In this document: piece by piece, positions 12,903 to 24,600 of the stretch
Layout: the number at the start of each line of letters is the position of its first letter
Position numbering within the stretch: the stretch's first letter is position 1
Source of the DNA: Seison nebaliae
Lineage: Eukaryota
DNA: 49,089 nucleotides
Assembly (NCBI GenBank): GCA_023231475.1
Contig: JALJEE010003080.1
Span: 1 to 49,089, forward strand
Direction of reading: 5' to 3'
Translations under genes and position numbers: made by a program
The notes under the pieces: generated by a model
Databases searched by the model: none
What the model saw: only the letters and a program-made list of their open reading frames with translations
Told to the model about the DNA's origin: nothing

Positions 12903-15036
12903 GATTCGTTCAACTCTAACAAATCATTCCGTTTTCTCTCTCTTTGATCGATCAATTGATTGGGAGTGAGAAATTCAAATTGAGATATATGAGATCGATC
13001 AAGTGACAGTTTAATGAAGTCAGTTTTTGAAGAGAAGGTAAATTAATGGATTCTTAATCTCTGTGAAAATATTTCTCGTCTTTTCTCCTTGTTTTCTCTC
13101 GTTATTTATACACATCGAAAGAGACATATACATAAATTAAGTGAATCATTGTTCGAATATATCTAGTACGTTCAAGTTAGTTCAAAGCCGTTTGTTTTTT
13201 TTATGAGAAAGAAGGAAACACCACTCTGGTCATTTACTCGCGTCCGTAACTCTGCAGCTCGTCAACTGTTAATTGACTGACAATTCTATGTAATAGAACA
13301 TTCCTCTTGGTCATCACTTCGACTTAAGTCAACAAACTCAGTTGGAGAGACAATTGTCAATAAACTCTCAATTCTAATCACGATCACAACTCTCACTTCC
13401 TCCACAGGCGCAGATTGAAGATTATGTCCAATTACGACCATTTAACTTTTTAACATTTCCTAAATGTTCGATCTGTCCTCGCCTTTCTTTCTCACTTGAA
13501 TGCTAAGTTATACTCTATTCGAAACTAACTCAAAGTGAGTAATTTATCGAAATTTTGAATAAATTTTCACAGTTTCTTCCTTCTCCACATTATACCTGTT
13601 CTTCTTTTGTTCCTTTTTGTCATTCACCTTCGTTTCCTCCTTACTTTTTCCGTCACACTTTTGAATTGTCACGACAATACCTCTCGAATTGAGACATACC
13701 TTCTTTTTATTCATTTGATGAACAATTCGAAATGAAAAAATAACATTTAATTAAATATCTGAATGAACTTCTGAATGAATTTCCAATTCGTCTTCCAATT
13801 TGTCTGGAATATTTTCTACAATTTCCTGACGTATTGTCTGAGAATTTTCCAATAAATCTAATTTATACGAATTTGAAAGTGTAAAAGTCTAAGAAGTTCA
13901 AACTAAATTTTATTTAAAAAAATTTTAATTTCTAAAATTCTAACAAATTTCGACTAAATTTTAATTCATAAAAATTTCAAGTTCTAAAAATCTAAAATAT
14001 TTCCAACTTATCATACCACTGTCAGGGATGAAACTCAGAATCCGATCACTTGAAACTCTAATATTAAAGTTATTGCTAAAATGTATTAAGTGCAAATACA
14101 GAAATGAATTAATAAAAAATTATATGAAAAATAAAAATGAATTTTTCTTAATTTTCCAAAATTTCGACTAGGCATCTAGCAAGAATATTCCAGTAACATT
14201 CCAACTAATAAAGATAGTTCTTTGTAGTGGTGGGTGAGAGAGGAGGAGATATTTCTTCTCAGTTGGAGGGAAATTGAATAATTGATTAAACGATGATTGG
14301 TTTTCGGAGAAGTAGTTGATCTCATCAATCTGAGAAGTCATGATCCAATTTGCGTTGGAAATGCTAAGTGATTGGTGTAATCGACTAATTGCCGTCTGGT
14401 CTGTTTTCTTTTAATTCAATTAACTTTCCCCTTCTAAACTCTCGCTTATATAAAGTAATGGAATTGGAGATTTGTTTGTCACCAAATTTCATTTCATTTT
14501 TCCAGAAACCTTTCTTGCTTTCCTTCTTCCTTCATGAATATTTTAGTCCATCAACAATTTGGTGTTGGACATAAATTTATTCGAAAATTTTACAAGATCT
14601 TTTTTCTTCCAATTATCTATTTCTTTGACGTTTTATGGAATTATTCAATCTTTCCCCACCTAATCTTCATGTAGATCATCATGTGGAACAGTAAGAAGAG
14701 TCACACCTACTTCTTTATTCAAATGCTCATTAACGAAGAAACATTCCACTCTCCTAAATGAATACTCTCTTACCAGCATCATTCTAATTCATTAATTTTC
14801 ATCCTATTTCCATTTCCTGGGAAAGTGACTCTATTCATTAACAAGTGTTTCCTATCAATTAGCTGAGGTAATCAATTAATTGATTGCTGAATATTTTTTA
14901 ATCTGTCTCATTCCTCTTATTGTTTCAATTGAATATATAAATACAAATTATTCTATCTCTTATTTACCATTCACAAAATTCTATTTTCAAAATTCAGATT
15001 ATTCTTTCATTCTAAAACCGTTTTCTTCCTATACAG

Positions 15037-15912
15037 ATGTTCAATCAATCCGATTTGTCGAATTCGATCGAGATCTCCAACTCAAATTATTTCATTCCTT
15101 CTCGACCGCCTAGCGATGTGAGTAGTGTTCATGATGACGAATTGGATAGCTCATCAATCGGCGATGGAATTGATCAATGTAACAAAGAGAATCGGACAGA
15201 TCAATCATCAAACAGTAATTTGGATTCGGGATTCCATTCAAAACTCTTCAATGACACATCGAAACGAATTAAACATAATTTCCATTCGATAGTCGATTTA
15301 ATTCAAACTTCCCCATTAGCATCAAACGGAAAATTAAATGTCGATAATTCTACAATCTTCTCATCCATAAATACTCAAAAACGGAAACTATGTGAGGATG
15401 TGACTAATGAACATGAGAATAAACGATATCGATCAACTCAACCCATTCACTCAACATTAAATTCATCAATCGGTTGGACTGGAAGTGAAAAATCAAATTT
15501 ATTAAGTTCTCAATTGCAATTCCGAATTAATCAAAATTTTGAAATTCCTTCAAATCAAAATTTTGAAATTTCTTCGAATCAGAAATTTGATTCTCTTCCA
15601 AATACTATTCTATCATCTCGAACGACGGAACCGAAGAAAAAAGAACGCACCACATTCACCGATTATCAACGTCAAATTTTAGATTATATTTTTCAACATA
15701 CTCAATATCCAGATCCAGAGACCACCGATTACTTAGCTCGACAATTGAATCTTCATGAGAATAAAATCAAAGTCTGGTTCCAGAACAAGAGAAGTCGAGA
15801 GAAGAAACGAATGAACAAACAGGCGCGACAAAGCAACAATGTTCCGACCATCGCGCAGGAATTACCGCCACAACTTCTTCGAAGTATGTTGTCTCAATTT
15901 AAAGAGAATTAG
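15037..15912 (+). CDS. Divergent PRD-class (Q50) homeobox protein with octapeptide/eh1-like motif
   Basis: Homeodomain KKKERTTFTDYQRQILDYIFQHTQYPDPETTDYLARQLNLHENKIKVWFQNKRSREKK; upstream FHSIVDLI. ATG is directly preceded by an acceptor-like TTTTCTTCCTATACAG, so an upstream exon is possible. Confidence 0.88.
   Translation: MFNQSDLSNSIEISNSNYFIPSRPPSDVSSVHDDELDSSSIGDGIDQCNKENRTDQSSNSNLDSGFHSKLFNDTSKRIKHNFHSIVDLIQTSPLASNGKLNVDNSTIFSSINTQKRKLCEDVTNEHENKRYRSTQPIHSTLNSSIGWTGSEKSNLLSSQLQFRINQNFEIPSNQNFEISSNQKFDSLPNTILSSRTTEPKKKERTTFTDYQRQILDYIFQHTQYPDPETTDYLARQLNLHENKIKVWFQNKRSREKKRMNKQARQSNNVPTIAQELPPQLLRSMLSQFKEN
15529..15594 (+). repeat. 24-bp coding tandem repeat (~2.7 copies; NQNFEIPS NQNFEISS NQKFDS)
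   Basis: AATCAAAATTTTGAAATT(C/T)CTTC repeated directly in the sequence. Confidence 0.85.
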
Positions 15913-16110
15913 TCGAACTATTTTACTCAACGAACGAATTATCTATTAATATTTATATTCTCATTATCAATTCTACTTATAATTTATTCACTTTATCATC
16001 TTACAGTTCCCATGAATAAAACCATCAATTTTCCCATTAAATTCAATTTTTCTTTTATTTACTTTTTAAAACTTTTAGAAATCTTTTATTAAATTTAACA
16101 AATTGATGAG

Positions 16111-18637
16111 TTAGTTATTGATGATACTGAAAACATGTTTCTTAATTACAAACACAAATAAGACAGCTCCAATTACACTTCCTGCGACTAACATTGCAAC
16201 AGCAATTCCAGCCATGGCACCTAATAAATGAATTGAATTTCAAACAATGTTATATCAAGGGTAAACCATTGTTATATCTAGTCGATTTCTTCTTCGGATG
16301 ATATATAGATGATTTCCTAATTTCAACTTCCATCGCATCTGGTAGAATTTCCAGAATCTGTGGAAAGAGTATTATTAAATTCTTTTGTTGAAATTAATTA
16401 GAACATGATCTGTGTCTGTTGTATCAACAGCAATTTTCAATTCGTTGTTTTTGAATCGACTTTTCAATACTGAAGCGACTTCCTTCACCGACAATTCTGG
16501 AGCTTTCCATTTGGCAACCAGTCCAGCGTCAGCGGCTCCTTCTTGTGGAGCTGCTAAAATTTTGAATGTAACGTAGATTTTATCTTCCTGTTGATCGCTT
16601 TGAACCTTTTTTTTTTGAACAAAGAAAGTGAATTATTGTTAGAAAATATGAAACTTCTAATTGTGTCAAACGGTTGGCGAAAACGCCGCCCTTATCCGTC
16701 ACTAATGAGCCCAATACGGAAATAGCCGTTAACTCTTTAAATAGTTTGATATTTGGTGCAACAACTTGTTCATATGATTCTAGAAAGAAGCTTGAAGAAT
16801 ATGTAGATGAAATGAAAAAAACGGTAAAATGTCATCATCACTTCCGCAACATCTTGAGTAACATAACAACTGCTGATGTCGAAAGTGGTGAATGAATTTT
16901 TTCGTTCAGGACTAAAATTGAAAATGTTCAATTGTTGACGGAAATAACTCTAAAGAGAGAGAATTAGAAAGAAGATAATTAAAATAAAACATCCGTATCA
17001 TTTTTTACCGTTATGGTCATTTTGACAGGAACGGTATCAGCTCGATAGTTGTCGATGAGAAATGCTTGATCAGTTGAAGCGAAATAGAGTGTCCAGGTAC
17101 TTCGATAATTTTTCGTTTTGAATTTCATCGACGGGACATGATAATCAGTACGATATCCGACAAAAACGTCCGCTTTCACATTATCTCGAACAGTCGTCTA
17201 AATCGAATGATGATTTAATTAATTTATAATTTATAACTTGTCCAGCATATTGGAAATTCGCTTTATCATAATAGAAGAATTGTTGCGGATTTTTCAACAT
17301 CAATTTGATCTTACCATCTTTTTGAGTATAGACACCGGTATCTGGAATTAATTCGATTTGACATTCTTTCGTTGCTCGGTCGATAACGTAGAGTAATCCA
17401 GTATTAAAATCGGCAACTTGAGAAACAACATCTTCTTCATGAACGTCGATTCGGAAGACACTCATATTATAATCATAAAATTCCTAATGATGGTATTAGA
17501 AATTTGTAATATAATTAAAATTAAATTTAATTTTGCTAAACATCAATGACGGTAATGACTGGTGCAAAGGTGGACATGGATTCAGCAGTAAAACTAAACG
17601 CATTCGGCAATTCTGGTAACGTTTTTCTTGATACTCGACCTTGACAATAAACATCAGTCATCTGGAAGTAACTGATTAATGAATGGAAGAAAATGAGAAT
17701 AAGAACCGTCATAATTTCATAATTATCCATGTTGACGATAGGAATAAAGCGGGAAATGGTAACTTCTCGCACCATATATTTGTTTGATACCTTCCAATAA
17801 ACTGGAGTGAAATTGGAAGAGACTCCAAACGGCGTCTTCCAATCGCCATCTATTCAAATAGTTGCAAAACGAAGAAAATCATTTGAAAACCTAAAAATTT
17901 CCATTCAGATTTATGCATAACAGTCCCCTCATTCTGTTGCATTGGAAAACAACCGGAATAAGAATTCACCGCTTTCCCATTCATTTCTTCTTTTTTATCA
18001 AACTATTCCCGAAATTTATTGATTCAAAATATCAATTGGGAAAATGTTAAACTTTATAAAATATTTGTTTGGCTATAGATATAGCACTTTCTTTTGAAAT
18101 GAATTTAAATACTTCTAAAGGACTTGGGATTTGTGGTGCGGGATTCATGGCTTCATAGCCACCCAAAATCCATCGATAATCTACCGCAGCTGAATCTAAA
18201 GCGACAGCGGTACAACTTTTCTCATATTCTACAAATGATAAATAATTGAATTATTTTGAATTTGATGGAAGTAGTTTGATGATAGAATGAACCGCTAAAT
18301 CTTTCAAATTTCATTTGCTGATTTGTAATATAATCATTAACATATAATTTGTAATGTTCGGCCGACGACTCATCTTTCTTTACTACTGCTATTTGTCCCA
18401 AACTTGACATATGATACACTTCCAACGTTTCTCGGGTTACTTTATTATCCTGAGTTGTCTGTACAGTAAAAACGGCTTCGTATGACGTGACGAATGAATC
18501 AGGATCGATACCTAACAAGAAATTTGAATTATAAATGAAAAGATAAAATTACCATCCGTTTCCACTTTACAGAAATCATCGGCATGAAGATTGGTGATTA
18601 GCGCGACAGCGAAGAAGAAATGAATGAAGAAATTCAT
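16111..18637 (-). CDS. Type I membrane protein, 13 exons; ectodomain resembles invertebrate ependymin/LolA-fold repeat proteins
   Basis: Signal peptide MNFFIHFFFAVALITNLHA; motifs DVYCQGR..LPELPNAFSF, EFYDYN..VFRID, VADFNTGLLYVIDR..C, FDISSCY; TM GAMAGIAVAMLVAGSVIGAVLFVFVI then KK. Continuous frame via introns 18512-18552, 18229-18292, 18003-18052, 17850-17890, 17662-17706, 17484-17541, 17198-17237, 16950-16990, 16780-16822, 16606-16654, 16358-16404, 16221-16266. Fold assignment is from memory and tentative. Confidence 0.75.
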
Positions 18638-18755
18638 AACTAAATAAACTAAAATGAAAAAGAATTAGGAGTTAATTCTTAGCAGACTGAAGAATTGTTA
18701 GAATAACATTGAGAATGAGAGAGTTCGTATGTTTACATAAAATTCATTTACTTAA

Positions 18756-21236
18756 TCAAATTAGGATGGTAGCTTTGGATATAGATGAAGTCTTTACACT
18801 TGTGTCTTCAGTCGAATATTCTTGATCTTCATATTGGTCATCAGGCGACCAATATAACTGTTGGAGTTTGGCGAATTTCGCTTTCTCTCGTCTCTCCTTG
18901 AGAACTTGAATCAATTTCTCGTAATTTGTCTCGACTCGTTTCAGCCATTTGAAATAAATGAATTGACGATAAACGTTGAGGAGATATGCACTAATCAATC
19001 GACTTAATCTGACTTCAGTCGCCTCTGTGTCACTGATAACATTGAAGGCGATTTGTTCGCCGATCGTTTTCGTCGGATTTGAATTCACCCGAAATATCGA
19101 GTAATCAGTAGTGAAATTGAAACTTTTCAAATAAACGGCGAATTCTTGCAAGGAGCAAATTTGACAATCGTCATTGTTCGATCTCGGTAGATTGAGAATG
19201 GCGTTATTACTCACTAACGGATCTGAAAATCGTAATGATATGGTAAATAATTAAAAAAATTTAATTTGAATTTAACTGTAAATTCGAGAGATTTCATTCA
19301 ATATTAATCGATTATTCCGTCGATCTGTCGGCGATTTGCCTTCGTACAATTTCTTCTTCGTATAACTCTTCAAATTATTGTTAGTTTGTTTCATCTGATC
19401 GAGCATTAGTCGAAAACCTTCACCCATATCATCAAATGAGGGATGATATAATTTGGCAGATGAAATGAAAGTTTCTCGTCTTTGATAAATCTTTTCCGCT
19501 ATACAATTCACATCTAATCGTCGGTAATAATTATAGGCGGGTTGTCCAATCCAAGGAACATAAAGACAGATACTATAATATCTTAATAACAGCCAATAAG
19601 CGGCCAATCCGGCTATTATCACCCCAATAACGGCCACTCCATAATTGAGGAAAAAAAGAGTTCGATTTCTTTGTTGCATCGCTTTATTGGCGGCGCTGAA
19701 TAATTGATTGAATCGTTTCGGCACGAAATTTTTGAGAATGTGTAAAAACTTCGCTTTCGATTTATATGCACTGGCGAAATTGAATCGACTTGATGCTTGT
19801 GGATTACTCACCACTTTGATGAGATCAATGAGAGTCAAAATTAATTCAGTTTTCGCCTTCTCCAAACTAATTCGATCTTCATTTATACAAACATGTAAAC
19901 GAAACTTCTGATTAATTTCTTCCAGATTATCATACGGTTTCCCGCAATGAACGTTGAAGATTTCGATCCATAACAGATCGACATCGGGAGAAAATTGAAG
20001 ACTTTTCCTCATCTGCAAGGAAAGTGAATGATAATGGAAAAAAGATGGAAAGTGTTTCACTTGTATTAACGGAAATGCTAATGGTGTCTTTTGACTCATT
20101 TCTATGATTCGATCGATGGAATGATATGAAGCTCTCGAACAATTGACCATCTGACTGATTGGTCTACATTCGGTGCCAACTCGACATCGATCTAATATCA
20201 GGAATGAAGTTAAAGAATATGAAATATTTCCATATCTAACTGAACATACTGATGTGGAATGCACTATTTGCCAGAAGGAAATTAGAAACGGACAACTTCT
20301 TCTCAAACGAAATATTCCTCGTCATGATAAATCCGCTGTATTCGCCGATAACGTAATTTTCGAATTTATTATAAATATCAATCGCATCGAACCAGGGCAA
20401 ATGAAGTTTTTGGATTTTCAAATAAAATATAATATTTTTGAATTTATTTCCATTGAAACATTTCATTAGAATCGTTTCAATACTATTTGCTTCCCGTAAC
20501 GAATTCGGTTTCATCGTATTATCTATGTAATTACTATACAACATGATCTTTTGCTGATACTTCTGCAAATGTTCACGATCCAATAAAAGTTGATAATTGA
20601 CGATCGGATATAATCCGGTGATCGGTTCCATTATATCGTCACTCATGTATGTGAAGAGAATAGAAATAGACCCATCTTTATCTCCATTGGCTGTCTCTTT
20701 GATGTTGGTGCTCAGCTCCTTCGCTGAATATTCGTAGAGCATATCTAATAAACCGCCAATTTCGAATGTGAAAAGTTTCTCATTTCGTCTGTAGAAGTTT
20801 GATGAAGAAAATGAGGAAAAATTTTAGTAGAACTTTCTTAGTTTTAATTTGTCGATCTTAAAGTAAGCTTCAGGACAACAGAACTTGACGATCAATTGAA
20901 CATAATTCACTTTCTTCTTCTCTTCAATGAATTAGAGGAGATGGAGCGGAAATATGAAAACTAACTATTGATGAGAACGCCCAAATATTGGACGTTCTTT
21001 TCGTCTTTCAGCAACTGGAAATGTTGGTTGATGCAACTGGCCTTTAAATAGAGCTGGAGAGAAAGGACGGCGGTAACGGGAGTGTGGTAAGTACAAGTGT
21101 GATTAATATTTATTTTCTCAGTTAAATTTATGTTGAAGCCATTGCTTGTGTTTATGTGGTGAACGGAAGAAAAAATTACAAAAGTAATTAGAAACATCAT
21201 TAAGTAAATCGGATGAAATAAAATGTGAATCGACAT
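18756..21236 (-). CDS. Uncharacterised single-pass membrane protein, 6 exons
   Basis: Four ORF-track pieces join in frame via introns 20922-20965, 20789-20833, 20192-20240, 20013-20060 (in-frame, tentative), 19223-19276; hydrophobic N-terminus and TM FFLNYGVAVIGVIIAGLAAYWLLL. No family recognised. Confidence 0.7.
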
Positions 21237-21360
21237 TCATTGATTAGATTTGTTCGATTTTTATTTCATTTGCATTCACCAATTTTTTCGAAGTTCTCAA
21301 TTTCTCCATAATGAAAATCAGCAGTAAATACTATTTAAACTTTCAAACTTATGTCCATAA

Positions 21361-21500
21361 ATAACGGATAAATAGAGGATAAATAAAGGATAAATGAAGG
21401 ATAAAAAAAAGATAAATAAAGGATCAATAAAGGATAAAAAGAGGATAAATAAAAGATAAATAAATAAATAAAAAGAAGGATCAATCGAAGATAAGTAAGA
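21361..21500. repeat. Degenerate purine-rich minisatellite, unit ~GGATAAATAAA
   Basis: Repeated (A/G)GATAAA(TA)AA units in the intergenic spacer. Confidence 0.8.
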
Positions 21501-21600
21501 GGATTTTTTATTGAAAATGTTAAATTCAATTAAAAATCATTAAATCGATGCTGTAGAAATAGAAATTTTGGTATGATGAATCCTCAACCAGAAGAGAATA

Positions 21601-24600
21601 TTATGTTTGAATTTGAGACACTTGTCTAACTAGTTTTAGTCGTTTATCTGACACGTGTCTTTTCCAAGATCGTTGAAGTATTCTTGCCGCCATATCCTCC
21701 TTCTTCCGCAACATGGTGGTGGAGACGGGAGCGTGAATGATTCGTTGTGGGAATTTCTTCCGAAATAGCATGTCCATCTCTTCCTCCATTTTCCGAACAG
21801 CGTTCGATTGTTCATCGACATAATTCCTCAATATATATTTTGTTACTGCATGAAGTACATCCAAACAATGTATCATATCACCGGCAATGATGGGTAGATC
21901 GAAAGCCACAATTGCCATTTCATTCGGTTTGGGTACTCGAAGAGGCGGTTGTAACTCATCCAATAAAGTACTGACATCATTCAACGAAATGAATTGTGAT
22001 GCTAATGGATCGTATTGTTCCCATGCCGCATAAAATAATTCGAAATCATCTTCTGTTACACCGATCGCTTCTTGTTCATGAGCTTGTGTGAAATTGTCGA
22101 GAATGACAGCAATATACATATTGATGATGATTAAATAACAAAGAACGATGAATGAACAACAGAAAGTGGTTGCCGCAAAAAAATTGCCACAATTCCCTTC
22201 CATAAACTTTCCTTCACAATCAGTCGATATTGATAAAGCGTCATGGACGTCATTCCATCCTGCTGCCGTTGCAATTCGCACAAGAATGGCGAACGATTTG
22301 AAGAAGGTTTCGAAATTCGACGTTTCCGTTATATAACCGTTATGTTTCACCTTCTTGAAGAGCATCATTCCAATAATGGAATACATGAATAATATGATGC
22401 CGAGTAATGAAGAAATGTTGACCAAAGCTGGTAGACTGCTGAATAAAGCGAATAATAATTTTCGAATGCCACGAGCGAATCGTATCACTCTCAATAATTT
22501 ACCGATGCGAAAAACTCGCATGACTCGAAATACGGTTGGTTTGGAGAAATATTGAATGAATGTTCGTTCATAAATGAGACCTTTTTCAAAAAACGTTCAA
22601 TAAATGAGAGAGAAATATAATAACTCATGATAGAAACGAAGCAGATAAGCAAATCAAAAATATTCCATCCTGAACGGAAATAATCTTTGGAGAGTGCTAT
22701 CAATTTGATGACGGCCTCCAACGTATAGAAAGCGATGAACATGATATTTACATAATGTTGAATTTTTTCATATATCGCATTCTGGTCATGATGTTCGGTG
22801 GCGAGAACGATCATGTTGATGAGAATAGCGAACATAATGAACATTTCAAATCGATTATTCGTCACAATATCGTAGAGTTGAGCACGGAAACGATTCTGTT
22901 AATTTTTTAAAAAATATAATTTTTAAAAATTTAAAAAAATTTTAGAATTAAAATTTTTTTAGAAATATTTTTAAATTAAAAAACTTGTGGACGATTAATA
23001 CTCTTTTGTGGTAGTTTCTTCATCATCTTTTTCATCGTTACGTAATATTTCCGTTGATTTGCTGTTAGATACATAGCCAGGAGTCCCTCCTCATACTGAT
23101 GATAATGGGAAAGTAAATTTTATGGCATAAGAAGAATAAAACTTTCTTTTTCAACACATTGAAATTGTCGATGATGACACTGACAAATAGATTGAGAGTG
23201 AAAAATGAACCGAGAATGATGAAAGCCACGAAATAAATGTAGGCAGCCATATTGTTCTCGAATTTGGGTTGCATATCAACCCCAACAGCATTGACACCGT
23301 CTTCCATCAATTCCATCCAACCTTCAAAAGTCGCCTAAAAATTTTTGAATATATAATACCTTATATCTAATACGAAACTATTTGAAAGAGTGCCAAAATG
23401 CCGGTTGGCACATTATCGAAATTCACCAACGAATTATCCCACGAACCATTTTGTGTGAAACATTCTGCTTTCGTCGTCACACCTGATTTACCCAGTTGAC
23501 TTTCACCGTTTATCGTACACTTGTAAAATTTCCCTCCAAATTGTTGTACGCCGATGATGGAGAAGATTAACCAGATGAGTGCACAAACTAATAAGACGTT
23601 ACCAATCGCTGGAATACTTTTCAATAAAGCGTTGACGACGATTCTCATTCCTTCATATGGATAAATGACACGAAGTGGTCTCAACGCTCGTAAAGTTTTG
23701 AGTATTCGGAGAGCATTTTGTGCACTCGGATTGATATTAGACAATAATCGTAATAACATCGATATATCACTACCAACCGTTATGATGAAATCGAGCAGAC
23801 ACCAGGGATTGGTGAAATAATATCGACAACCATATCCGATGATTTTCAAAATGGCTTCCAACGTAAAAACCACATTAAATAAATAATCTAAATATTTCAA
23901 GTAATCCATCTTTTTCGCATTCTCATCAACATCTTCCAATGCCAGACTGACGGATGACGCCAAAATGAACAATATGATGAAATAGTCGAATATTTTATTA
24001 TCGAGAAATGAGTAAACATACGATCGAAACATCTTCCAACAATTGTCTGTTTGTAAAAGATATCTCGTTCCACAACACACATAACGATAACAAATTGGAC
24101 AGAAACATTTTGGTGCCAACCGAATTTTCAAAACACATTTCTTCGTTTTATTCCTCCGACACGAATTACAACACATGATCTTTTTGAGAATGATATCGGA
24201 ACGTATTGAATTCGTATTGGCCAATGGATCTTTCTTCAATTCCAGACGACGTTTCCGTTTAACTGGTCGTAGGAAGAGTTTGACGGATTTTCGAAATGCC
24301 TCGCTAGAATTTTTCAAATCCTGCAAATATTGTTTTTCGATACTCTCTTCCTCTTCGTCGCCGGAAGGAATATCAACGGTCGAATTATTAAGATCTAACT
24401 GAGTTTTATCATTGACATGTTTCGGTCTTAATAATTTCGGTTTTCTGTTCACTTTTAAACAACAACAAAAATCTTTTGATTTCTTCCGACAACACAGACA
24501 ATTTCTCGAACATGATTCACAACATTCATCTTCTGATATATCGTCAGTTTCGAGCCATTGACTCACTTGCTGAATATGAGACAAAGTATCGACTGATTGA

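Noticed and set aside
21361..21500. Repeat array as CRISPR or telomeric repeat
   Set aside because: Degenerate low-complexity units with no unique spacers, in a eukaryotic intergenic region.
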